From a bacterium (GTDB lineage Bacteria > RBG-13-61-14 > DATKZS01): DNA of 64,000 nt. The position numbers and the translations under genes are program-made. The notes beneath the pieces are model-generated. The model worked only from the letters and a program-made list of their open reading frames with translations, did no database searches and was not told the origin of the DNA. This document shows, in pieces, positions 1 through 10,491 of this stretch (its first letter is position 1; every line of letters begins with the position of its first letter). The stretch lies in contig CAXXFL010000006.1 of the NCBI GenBank assembly GCA_963674965.2, positions 640,001 through 704,000 on the forward strand, in the 5' to 3' direction.

Positions 1-215
1 TTCTGGGACAAAAGGACGCCAACACCTCCCGGCATCTTTCCGTAATGAGAGCCGCCGGATTGGTGGAGACCCGGAAGGATGGACTCAATGTCTACTACTC
101 AATCAAACTGCCCTGTCTGGTTTCCATGCTCTCGTGCCTCGACGACGGTGTCTGCAGGATAGCTGACGAACATAGCGAGATGGCCCGACTCTTAAGAGCG
201 AAAGCTTCCCAATAA
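1..215 (+). CDS. arsR: ArsR/SmtB family transcriptional regulator, 5'-truncated by the window edge
   Basis: My translation of frame 3 (not in the ORF track) gives LGQKDANTSRHLSVMRAAGLVETRKDGLNVYYSIKLPCLVSMLSCLDDGVCRIA...SQ*. It has the winged-HTH pattern 'SRHLxxLxxAGLV..RK.G..VYY' and lies directly upstream of acr3. Confidence 0.88.
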   Translation, partial: LGQKDANTSRHLSVMRAAGLVETRKDGLNVYYSIKLPCLVSMLSCLDDGVCRIADEHSEMARLLRAKASQ

Positions 216-221
216 ACGCGT

Positions 222-1331
222 ATGGCGAAACATCGTAAAATGAATAAATCCGCTAAAGACACGACTGCCGCAACCAAGAGACTATCATTCCTGGATCGCT
301 TTCTGACTCTCTGGATTTTCCTGGCGATGGCGATTGGCGTGGCCTGGGGATATCTCTCGCCGGGCGTGGCAGATTTTTGGGACCGCCTCAGTTCAGGCAC
401 CACCAACATTCCCATCGCAATCGGCCTCATTCTGATGATGTACCCGCCGCTGGCCAAGGTGAGATACGAAGAGTTGGGCCGGGTGTTCAAGAACTACAAG
501 GTGCTGGCCTTAAGCCTGATCCAGAACTGGGTGATCGGCCCTTTTCTCATGTTCTTCCTGGCCATCATTTTCCTGCGGGACATGCCCCAGTACATGGTCG
601 GCTTGATCATGATCGGGCTGGCCCGCTGCATCGCGATGGTCATCGTGTGGAACGACCTGGCCGAGGGCGACCGCGAGTACGCCGCCGGGCTGGTGGCTTT
701 TAATTCGGTGTTCCAGGTTTTGTTCTTCTCGGTCTTCGCCTGGTTCTTCATCAAGGTTTTGCCGCCGGTGTTCGGTCTTTCCGAGGCGGTGGCCGAAGTG
801 AATCTCGATAAGATCACTATCGTCGAGATTGCCAAGAGCGTTTTTATCTATCTCGGCATCCCCTTTATTGCCGGTATTGTCACCCGCTTCGGCATGCTCC
901 GGGTAAAAGGCCGGGAATGGTATGAGGAGAAGTTCATTCCCCGCATCAGCCCTCTGACCCTGATCGCCTTGCTCTTCACCATCGTTGTAATGTTCTCGCT
1001 CAAGGGCGAGTACATCGTCAAGATTCCAATGGACGTGGTGCGGATCGCCATCCCCCTGCTCATCTATTTCGTGGTCATGTTCGTGGTGAGCTTCTTTTTA
1101 TCGAAGGGAGCGAACGCCAATTACTGCCAGTCCTGCACCCTGAGCTTTACGGCGGCGTCCAACAACTTCGAGCTGGCCATCGCGGTGGCAGTGGCGGTTT
1201 TCGGGATCGAGTCCAAGGTTGCTTTCGCGGCGGTGATCGGGCCTCTGGTCGAGGTCCCGGTGATGATTGCGCTGGTGAATCTGGCGTTTTATTTTCGCCG
1301 CAAGTTATTTAACGAAGCTCCCTCCTGCTGA
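222..1331 (+). CDS. acr3: Acr3 (ACR3/ArsB-type) arsenite efflux transporter
   Basis: Motifs [39 protein letters not shown] (conserved Cys), [12 protein letters not shown] and GPLVEVPV; about 10 TM segments. Confidence 0.96.
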   Translation: MAKHRKMNKSAKDTTAATKRLSFLDRFLTLWIFLAMAIGVAWGYLSPGVADFWDRLSSGTTNIPIAIGLILMMYPPLAKVRYEELGRVFKNYKVLALSLIQNWVIGPFLMFFLAIIFLRDMPQYMVGLIMIGLARCIAMVIVWNDLAEGDREYAAGLVAFNSVFQVLFFSVFAWFFIKVLPPVFGLSEAVAEVNLDKITIVEIAKSVFIYLGIPFIAGIVTRFGMLRVKGREWYEEKFIPRISPLTLIALLFTIVVMFSLKGEYIVKIPMDVVRIAIPLLIYFVVMFVVSFFLSKGANANYCQSCTLSFTAASNNFELAIAVAVAVFGIESKVAFAAVIGPLVEVPVMIALVNLAFYFRRKLFNEAPSC

Positions 1332-1357
1332 TGGGAACTAATCCCGAGGAGAATGAA

Positions 1358-2158
1358 ATGAAAAAGGAAGATTTGATCCGCTTGAATGTAAAGGAACGCT
1401 ATGCCGGTATCGTGAATACCGGCGGTGGATGCGGGTGTGCGCCGTCTCCTGGATCGAGTTGTTGCGGGGGCGCTCCCGGCGGGGTCGGCGACCATGCCAT
1501 AAAGCTCGGTTATTCAGACAACGATGTCGCATCCGTCCCGGACGGGTCCAATTTGGGCTTGGGATGCGGCAACCCCGGTGCCATCGCAGCCTTGAAGCCA
1601 GGCGAGGTCGTGCTCGACCTCGGCGCGGGAGGCGGCTTCGATTGCTTCCTAGCCGCCGAGAAAGTGGGCGAGCATGGCCTCGTTGTCGGAGTAGACATGA
1701 CCCCCGAGATGGTTGCCCGCGCCCGGGAAAACGCGGAGCGGGAAGGTTTCGCCAACGTGGAATTTCGCATGGGAGAGATCGAGCATTTGCCGGTGGCCGA
1801 CGCATCGATTGACGTGATCATCTCCAATTGCGTCGTCAACCTCTCGCCGGACAAATCCCAGGTCTACCGCGACGCTTTTCGCGCTCTCAAGCCCGGAGGC
1901 CGGATAGCCCTTTCCGATACGGTCCGCCTCAAGGACTTTCCCCAAAGCTGGCTTGAAAACGAATCCATGCTTTGTTCGTGCGTGACCGGATCGGCGTCCC
2001 CCGCCGAAATCGAGCAGATGCTCGAAGAGGCAGGGTTCACGAAGGTTGAAGTGCGAATCAAGCCGGAGAGCCGGGAAGTCATCAAGGGGTGGGTCCCTGA
2101 TTCCGGGGTCGAGGATTACGTTGTCTCCGCCGATATTCTGGCTGAAAAACCTTTATGA
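1358..2158 (+). CDS. arsM: Arsenite S-adenosylmethionine methyltransferase
   Basis: NLGLGCGNP, SAM motif VLDLGAGGGFDCF, DVIISNCVVNLSPDK, a distal CSC and an N-terminal Cys cluster. Start is probably ATG 1358 after GAGGAG; alternative is ATG 1331, overlapping the acr3 stop. Confidence 0.93.
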   Translation: MKKEDLIRLNVKERYAGIVNTGGGCGCAPSPGSSCCGGAPGGVGDHAIKLGYSDNDVASVPDGSNLGLGCGNPGAIAALKPGEVVLDLGAGGGFDCFLAAEKVGEHGLVVGVDMTPEMVARARENAEREGFANVEFRMGEIEHLPVADASIDVIISNCVVNLSPDKSQVYRDAFRALKPGGRIALSDTVRLKDFPQSWLENESMLCSCVTGSASPAEIEQMLEEAGFTKVEVRIKPESREVIKGWVPDSGVEDYVVSADILAEKPL

Positions 2159-2281
2159 GGGTGGCAAGATGAGTGGACAAAAACCGTTTGTTTGGCTGGT
2201 CACTGCATCGTGGACTGAAAATGTTTGCGAATTGCGTTCCGACATTTCACAAGACCTTAAGAACAAGCTGGGAGGGTAGTA

Positions 2282-3487
2282 ATGTCCGAAAGTAAATCAA
2301 ACGGGTGGAAAGGATTTGCTATCTTTTCCTTCTTGGCCCTGATAGCGGTAACATCGGCGGCCATAGTAACTAATCATTGGTTTCTAACTGCGATCCCTGT
2401 TGGATTCCTCTTCGGGTTCTTCCTGGAAAAAGCTGACCTGTGTGGAGCATCGGCCTTCAGCGAGGCGCTCATGTGGAAGGATTGGCGCAAGCTCCAGGGC
2501 ATCTGGATCATCGCGGTGATCAGCATGCTGGGCTTTGCCCTACTTTATGGACTGGATCTGATCAAGCTAAATCCAAAGCCGCTATTGTGGGCCAGCTACA
2601 TTGTCGGCGGACTGGTGTTCGGCGTCGGCATGGTCCTGGCTGGAGGATGCGTTAGCGGTAGTCTTTTCAAGACCGGCCAAGGTAATCTGAATTCGATGGC
2701 CGCACTGGTGGGCATCCCTCTTGGCGTGATGGCGGTCGAGTATGGGCCTGTGAACGGTTTTCATAAGACCCTGAAAACGTACGTCATAAAAAACGCGGAT
2801 GGCGGTCCGGTAACTTTCTTTTCCGTTGCCCACCTTCCTTACTGGCTGATGGCAATCATCATAGCGGGCGTCACCATCGGGGTCGCAATATATTTAAGGC
2901 AAAAGAAAGACAAGCCCAAAGAAGACCTGAAGCCATCAGAGCTGCCCTTCATGCAACGGGTACTTACGAGACCCTGGAAACCCTGGCAGGCCGGAGTAGC
3001 CATTGGGGTCCTCGCGGCCTTCGCCTACCTGTCCTCGGCGGCCAGCGGCAGGAACTATCCTCTCGGCGTGACTCACGGGGTCATGCACGCCGAGCTTCTG
3101 CTCACGGACGCTCCGCTTAAACACGTGTATGCGCCCAAACCGAGCCGGCCTCCTTCCGCCAGCGAAGCCCCCGCCGAACAGCCCATGAAAAAAGTCTCAT
3201 GGTGGCTGATCCTTGAAATCAGCGCGCTCGTGCTTGGGTCGTTCGTGAGTGCAAGGCTATCGGCACGAGCCAAGCTTCTGCCCAAGCCGCCTGAACAGAC
3301 GTTGACAGCCTTTTTCGGAGGCATACTGGTCGGGACAGGCGCGGCCGTTGCCGGGGGGTGTGTAGCAGGAAATATCATGAGCGGCCTAGCTCTCATGAGC
3401 GTGGGCAACCTGCTCTTCGCGATTGTCGTTTTGCTGGCCAATTGGGGCATGACTTATATCTACCTGATGGGAGGTCAAACCAGATGA
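2282..3487 (+). CDS. YeeE/YedE (TsuA-like, Sulf_transp) sulfur-compound transporter, two-repeat form
   Basis: Polytopic and Gly-rich, with the three conserved Cys motifs LCGAS, FGVGMVLAGGCVSG and GAAVAGGCVAG. Confidence 0.88.
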   Translation: MSESKSNGWKGFAIFSFLALIAVTSAAIVTNHWFLTAIPVGFLFGFFLEKADLCGASAFSEALMWKDWRKLQGIWIIAVISMLGFALLYGLDLIKLNPKPLLWASYIVGGLVFGVGMVLAGGCVSGSLFKTGQGNLNSMAALVGIPLGVMAVEYGPVNGFHKTLKTYVIKNADGGPVTFFSVAHLPYWLMAIIIAGVTIGVAIYLRQKKDKPKEDLKPSELPFMQRVLTRPWKPWQAGVAIGVLAAFAYLSSAASGRNYPLGVTHGVMHAELLLTDAPLKHVYAPKPSRPPSASEAPAEQPMKKVSWWLILEISALVLGSFVSARLSARAKLLPKPPEQTLTAFFGGILVGTGAAVAGGCVAGNIMSGLALMSVGNLLFAIVVLLANWGMTYIYLMGGQTR

Positions 3488-3930
3488 GCGGAAAAGTAAA
3501 AATATTGTTTCTTTGCACCGGGAACTCGTGTCGGAGTCAGATGGCTGAAGGATGGGCCCAAAAACTCCGGGCAGATGATATAGAGGCATGGTCCGCCGGT
3601 GTAAAACCCAAGGGGATTGATCCCCGAGCGGTCATGGCAATGGAGGAAGCCGGGGTGGACATATCGAAACAGGGATCGAAGGATGTAAAGGACCTGATGG
3701 ACATCCCCTTCGATTACGTCATCACCCTCTGCGGCCATGCCCATGAGACTTGCCCCTTATTCCCCGGTAAGACTAAAGTCATCCATCATGGTTTCGAAGA
3801 CCCTCCTCAGTTGGCCGCGACCTCAAAGACAGAAGAAGAAGCCATGACACATTATCGTCGCGTTGGTCATGAGATCAAAGAATTTATGGGTCTTCCCAAG
3901 AATCTGTGGGTGTTCTTTGACATAGTTTAG
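3484..3930 (+). CDS. arsC: Thioredoxin-dependent (LMW-PTP-fold) arsenate reductase; last ~14 codons derived from inserted IS DNA
   Basis: P-loop ILFLCTGNSCRSQMAEG, resolving cysteines in VITLC..AHETCP and the FEDP acid loop. ATG 3484 overlaps the yeeE stop (ATGA). Confidence 0.92.
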   Translation: MSGKVKILFLCTGNSCRSQMAEGWAQKLRADDIEAWSAGVKPKGIDPRAVMAMEEAGVDISKQGSKDVKDLMDIPFDYVITLCGHAHETCPLFPGKTKVIHHGFEDPPQLAATSKTEEEAMTHYRRVGHEIKEFMGLPKNLWVFFDIV

Positions 3931-4612
3931 TTGAAAAGCACGGTCGTTTCAGGCTAATAGGGTTATGCGAAAACAATCCTGAAGCCTGAAGGAGTCGACC
4001 GTGCTTGTAGAGAGTCTTGTACGAGAAACGCTTGGTGTCAAGGATCACAAGGTTAAGAGCGTCAGCGGAGACGCGGTGGGGCTTACGGTTCTCATGGATC
4101 GCAAGAAGCTTCGGAAGCTCACCTGCTCTTGTTGCGGCTCTCGATCTTGGGTTTACGACACGCTTGCCGAGAGGACCTGGCGTCATGTTCCGTTGTGGGG
4201 CATCCCCGTGACCATCGTTTACAGCCCGCGCCGGGTGAACTGCCCAAATTGCGGCGTCAAGGTCGAGCAGGTCCCGTGGGGGATGGGCAAAAGTCGGCTC
4301 TCCCTGCCGCTGATCATCGTGCTCGCCGCCTGGGCCAGGCTCCTGGCCGTCGGCGTCGTGGCCGACCTTTTCGGCTTGAGTTGGTCCACGGTGGGGGCGG
4401 CGGTCAAGCACGCGGTGGCTTACGGCCTCGAACACCGCGACGTTTCCGGCGTGCTTTACATCGGGATCGACGAGGTCTCTCGCAAAAAAGGCCGCGTCTA
4501 TCACACCCAGGTTTACGAGATCGGCAAGAGGCGGCGTCTTTTGTGGTCCGGAGAGGGGCGCAAGAAAGAGACGCTGGAACGTTTTTTCGATGAACTTGGC
4601 GAGGAGGGACGC
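3888..4612 (+). mobile_element. ISL3-family insertion sequence, left end plus 5' part of transposase (truncated, right end missing)
   Basis: Begins GGGTCTT (ISL3-type terminus) after AT-rich GAATTTAT. The ORF from GTG 4001 has CSCCG and CPNCG zinc-finger motifs, 'RTWRHVP', 'VEQVPW', an HTH and 'YIGIDE' (first D of DDE). Similarity stops after FFDELGEEG (~4612). Confidence 0.85.
3936..4006 (+). promoter_or_regulatory. RNA hairpin occluding the ISL3 transposase RBS and start codon
   Basis: AAGCACGGTCG (3936-3946) pairs with CGACCGTGCTT (3996-4006, containing the GTG start). TTCAGGCT (3948-3955) pairs with AGCCTGAA (3983-3990). The GGAG RBS lies between the two 3' arms. Confidence 0.7.
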
Positions 4613-4696
4613 GTGAAAAGTAACCCGTACCAGAAGGCGAGGCGGCGCATATCAGAGTTGAGCTTTTTCCCGTTGCCCACGAGAGGGAATAACAAG

Positions 4697-5092
4697 ATGA
4701 AGAAAAGGTATATCATCGCAACAATTATATTGGCGGTTTTGGCAACTTTAGTTTTTATCCTGCCTTTATTGCTTTTACGATATGATGATAATGAAGACGG
4801 CGTCACTGACCTGGTGATTTATACCGATGGCTTTTCCATAATAAAGCGAATGGATTTTGATGGCGACGGGATTTTCGACTACAAGGAATATAATTATCTG
4901 ACTGGCGGCCAAATAAAATATTTCCTTGTTCTGAATGAGAAATTTAACAACCTTACTATTACCCAGCACTATGTGGACGGCCAAGTCTGTAGTATCAAAT
5001 CTGGACAGAGATGCCCAAAAAGAAAAGTGAAATTGAGAAAAACTACATGGGAACTTGATTCGGAAATAATTTTCGGAACGGGACGTTGGTAA
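4697..5092 (+). CDS. Small AT-rich membrane-anchored hypothetical protein with DxDxDG-like motifs
   Basis: MKKRYII plus a hydrophobic helix, then DDNEDGVTD and DFDGDGIFD. It has its own ATG after GAGGG and is in frame with the upstream transposase fragment. Confidence 0.6.
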   Translation: MKKRYIIATIILAVLATLVFILPLLLLRYDDNEDGVTDLVIYTDGFSIIKRMDFDGDGIFDYKEYNYLTGGQIKYFLVLNEKFNNLTITQHYVDGQVCSIKSGQRCPKRKVKLRKTTWELDSEIIFGTGRW

Positions 5093-5101
5093 TCGAGCGC
5101 C

Positions 5102-5314
5102 TTGAAATCATCAGGGGCCGGCTGGTCGCTTTCGAACCTGGCCTCCATGCCGCGGCTGAACCTCTTTACTTATCGGGATTTGACGGAATGGCTGCACAAT
5201 CCCTTCGGCGTGGAGCCGATCGTCCCCAAACTCGAAGAACCATATCTTCCCATCAGCGGTCTTAGACGGCCGAGTCGAGACGGGAGGGGAAAACCTAAAC
5301 CAGGAGACCGGTAG
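5102..5314 (+). pseudogene. C-terminal remnant of an IS4-family transposase
   Basis: GWSLSNLASMPRLNLFTYRDLTEWLHNPF resembles the C-terminal 'WSLSNL..LR.NLF.YRDL..W...PF' of one IS4-family group (recognised from memory). No upstream part of the gene is present. Confidence 0.65.
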
Positions 5315-5427
5315 TTTGACCATCTATCTCCTCATCTTATTAGGGGCAAAAGCAAGGTCCGTCATATTTTGGAGGGAAGTGGCGATATAATAAATCAAAA
5401 TGGCAACTACTCTCGCGTCAATCCATC

Positions 5428-7419
<1,992 letters not shown>

Positions 7420-7582
7420 GATCCTCCCCGGCCAACAATGATAACGCGGCCAGGCCCGGGAGGCCAACGCGCAAAGATGGGATGCCCATGCATCCTGCAT
7501 GGACGAGCTTGTCACTGTAACCCGTTTTTTCTTTGTGTTATGATCTTTTTGGTTTCGTTATCCGAGTCATGAAGGCCGGAAA

Positions 7583-8881
7583 ATGAAAAGTGGAATTATG
7601 GGCATGGGACTGATCGAGCCGTTTATAAAGATCCGGGACGTCGGCGTTCCCGATGACATGGCGCCTGAAGAGGCCAAATACATTCGGGCCCTCAATATCC
7701 TCGTGTTCCTGAGTTGGCTGCTTCATCTGACGTGGGGCGTCCAGGCCCTGGCGCGTGGACACAAGGTCAGCCTCGCCATTCACCTGGTCTGGGTGGCGCT
7801 CATCCTATCCAATTATTTTTTTATCGGCCGGCGGCGTTATCTCGCGGCCAAGGTCCTGCTGATCTTTTATCTCAATCTCCACTCCATCGCGTCGGCGGTG
7901 GTCGTTCACGGCCAATATTACGATAAATGGAACGTTTTATTCGCTGCCCTGGTCCCCTTTCTGTTTGCCAAAAAGGAGACCAGGTGGATGCTGGCCATGA
8001 TGTGCTTTTGCTTTATCGCCTATTTCGCCAAGCCGCTGATCGGCCAATATTTCGAGCCCTTGTACAAGGTCGAGAACGGCGGCGTGGAGTTCGGAGGCGA
8101 CTTGGCCTCGGTGATTGTTTTTTACCTGGCCCTGGTGGCTTCGCCCGCCATCTATCGCCGGATATCGATCTCGTCCGACGACCGGCTGAAGGAGGAAAAG
8201 CGAAAGGTCTCGGTCTTAAGCGAGAAGCTGCGGGTGTTTCTTCCCGCCCAGTTCGTCGAGTCCCTGGCCAGCGGCGACCGTGACACCGAGCCCGATTACA
8301 GGCGGCGGCGCCTGACCATTTTTTTCTCCGACGTTCAAGGCTTTACCAAGTGGACGGACAGGCTCGAGCCCGAGGAGGTCCGGGAAATCCTCAACCATTA
8401 CCTTACCGAGATGAGCGCCATCGCCGGGAAATGGGGGGGCACCATTGATAAATTCATCGGCGACGCTCTCATGATCTTCTTCGGCGACCCCGAGTTCACG
8501 AACGACAAGGACCACGCCCTTCGCTGCGTGAAGATGGCCGTCGAGATGCAGGCGAAAATGAGGGAGCTTCGGGAGGGCTGGCGCAAGATGGCCTATGACG
8601 AGCCCTTGAACATCCGGATCGGGATCAACACCGGCTGGGCCACGGTGGGCAACTTCGGCAGCAAGGACCGGCTCAACTACACGGCCCTGGGCTCGGCCGT
8701 GAACCTGGCCTCCCGGCTGGAGTCCGCCTGCGCGCCCGACAAAATCACGGTCAGTCATACCACGTGTCTTCTGGTCTCCGATGAGATCGAGTGCGAGTCC
8801 AAAGGCGAGATCGCGGTGAAAGGCTTTCCCGAGCCCGTGAAGATTTACGAGGTGGCGGGACTAAGGCCAAAGCGCGACTGA
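7583..8881 (+). CDS. Membrane-bound class III nucleotidyl cyclase, probably adenylate cyclase
   Basis: About 6 N-terminal TM helices, then FSDVQGFT, DKFIGDA (Lys typical of ATP specificity), IRIGINTG and YTALGSAVNLASRLE. Confidence 0.92.
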   Translation: MKSGIMGMGLIEPFIKIRDVGVPDDMAPEEAKYIRALNILVFLSWLLHLTWGVQALARGHKVSLAIHLVWVALILSNYFFIGRRRYLAAKVLLIFYLNLHSIASAVVVHGQYYDKWNVLFAALVPFLFAKKETRWMLAMMCFCFIAYFAKPLIGQYFEPLYKVENGGVEFGGDLASVIVFYLALVASPAIYRRISISSDDRLKEEKRKVSVLSEKLRVFLPAQFVESLASGDRDTEPDYRRRRLTIFFSDVQGFTKWTDRLEPEEVREILNHYLTEMSAIAGKWGGTIDKFIGDALMIFFGDPEFTNDKDHALRCVKMAVEMQAKMRELREGWRKMAYDEPLNIRIGINTGWATVGNFGSKDRLNYTALGSAVNLASRLESACAPDKITVSHTTCLLVSDEIECESKGEIAVKGFPEPVKIYEVAGLRPKRD

Positions 8882-9031
8882 CCACCGTTTTATTGCCTCC
8901 AACGCGAGTATTATAACGAAGCCTGATGGACGATTATCCCCGGGCTTGATATGATTGAAGCGAGGCTCGGTCGGAACGATTAGTCGCTCGATGGATCGGG
9001 CGTCCAAATCAAAAAAAGGCCCGTCAAACAA

Positions 9032-10264
9032 ATGGAAGATTCAAAGGAAATATCCGGCGTCAGGGTTTACCCTTACCGCTGGGCGGTGCTTGGCGCGTTC
9101 ATGTTCATCAACCTGACCATCCAGATACTATGGATATGCTTCGCGCCCATCTCCGTGCTCGCGGCCGAGCACTACGGCGTGTCCGACATGGACATAGGAA
9201 TACTGGCCATGACGTTCATGGTGGTCTATATCGTCGCCTTTATTCCCGCCTCATGGATCATCGACAGGTATGGCTTTCAAAAAGGCGTGGGCCTGGGAGC
9301 GGCGCTGCTCGGGATATTCGGACTGCTGCGGGGTTTTCTCGCCCACGACTACAACCTTGTCCTTGCCTCTACCGCGGGCGTGGCCCTGGCCCAGCCCCTG
9401 CTGCTCAACTCTTACACCACCTTGGCCGCCAAATGGTTCCCCATCCAGGAAAGAGCCACCGCCACCGGCCTGGCCATGGCCGCCAACTTTATCGGGACCG
9501 CCATCGGGCTGATGCTGACGCCCTACCTGGCCACGAAATACGGCATCGAAAAGACCCAGATGATTTACGGCGTCGTCACCGCGGCGTCCTGTGCGCTTTT
9601 CATCGTCCTGGCTCGCGAGAAACCGCCGACCCCGGCCAGCCCGCCCGGCTACGTCGAGAGGGCCCTCATGCTGGACGGACTAAAAATCATGATCAAGACG
9701 CTCGACTTCTGGATATGCATGTTCGTCTTCTTCGTGGGCTTCGGCGTTTTCAACGGATTGGCCACCTGGATCGAGAACATCGTCCGGCCCAAGGGCATGG
9801 ACGTCGGCCAGGCGGGGATGATCGGCGGCCTTCTTCTGATAGGCGGAATACTGGGGGCGTTCGTGATTCCAACCCTTTCGGACAAGCTCGGAAGGCGAAA
9901 GCCCTTCATGCTGGGAGGAATGATTTTGGCCACGCCCGGCCTCGTCGGCTTTACGATTTTCGACTCCTACTCCATGCTCCTGGTTTCGGCGGCGGCGCTG
10001 GGTTTTTTCATGATGGGACTCGGCCCCATCGGATATCAGTACGCGGCCGAGATAACCTATCCCGCTCCAGAGGGCACGTCCAACGGACTCCTGGTGCTGT
10101 CCGGCCAGGTCTCAGTGGTGTTCATCTTCGGCATGGAGGCCATGAACGGAGCCTTCGGCTCATTCACTCCGTCCCTTCTCCTGGGCGTGGCCATGATGGC
10201 GGTCAATTGCCTTCTTATCGCCCTGCTGAAGGAGTCCAAGCTGATCGGGGAATTGCGCGACTGA
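9032..10264 (+). CDS. MFS transporter (FLVCR/SLC49-like subgroup)
   Basis: 12 TM segments; N-terminal YPYRWAVL, WIIDRYG, KWFPIQERATATG, LSDKLGRRK and AAEITYPAPEGTSNG. Confidence 0.88.
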   Translation: MEDSKEISGVRVYPYRWAVLGAFMFINLTIQILWICFAPISVLAAEHYGVSDMDIGILAMTFMVVYIVAFIPASWIIDRYGFQKGVGLGAALLGIFGLLRGFLAHDYNLVLASTAGVALAQPLLLNSYTTLAAKWFPIQERATATGLAMAANFIGTAIGLMLTPYLATKYGIEKTQMIYGVVTAASCALFIVLAREKPPTPASPPGYVERALMLDGLKIMIKTLDFWICMFVFFVGFGVFNGLATWIENIVRPKGMDVGQAGMIGGLLLIGGILGAFVIPTLSDKLGRRKPFMLGGMILATPGLVGFTIFDSYSMLLVSAAALGFFMMGLGPIGYQYAAEITYPAPEGTSNGLLVLSGQVSVVFIFGMEAMNGAFGSFTPSLLLGVAMMAVNCLLIALLKESKLIGELRD

Positions 10265-10491
10265 TAAAACGGGCCAGGGTAACGGACGCGCCGTTCGAGT
10301 TATCTGGAAGCCGCGGCCGACGGTCCCGTACGTCGCGGCATGAGTCGCCGCCGTCTCATTGCCATTTCATGAAAAACCGGTTACAGTTCGTTTGTAACCG
10401 ACTTTATCGGCCGTCACCAATCACCATCCTTGTACTTTTCCATTTTCATTGCCGGCGGCCCGAACCGGTCGATCGCCATTTGGGAGGAACC

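Noticed and set aside
3358-3483. N-terminal extension of ArsC in the ORF track (similarly uvrB 7420-7515, glpK 43031-43204, B12-rSAM 58010-58156, mscS 38900-38989)
   Set aside because: These extensions overlap neighbouring genes or lack an RBS; downstream starts have RBSs or stop-start overlaps and match the family N-termini.
7420-7582. LexA/SOS box upstream of uvrB
   Set aside because: No convincing dyad matching a LexA motif I know.
9130-10491. 997-aa ORF suggesting a long N-terminal extension on the esterase
   Set aside because: The extension is an off-frame read through the MFS gene (Arg/His/Pro-rich nonsense). The real start is ATG 10492 with GGGAGG and a signal peptide.
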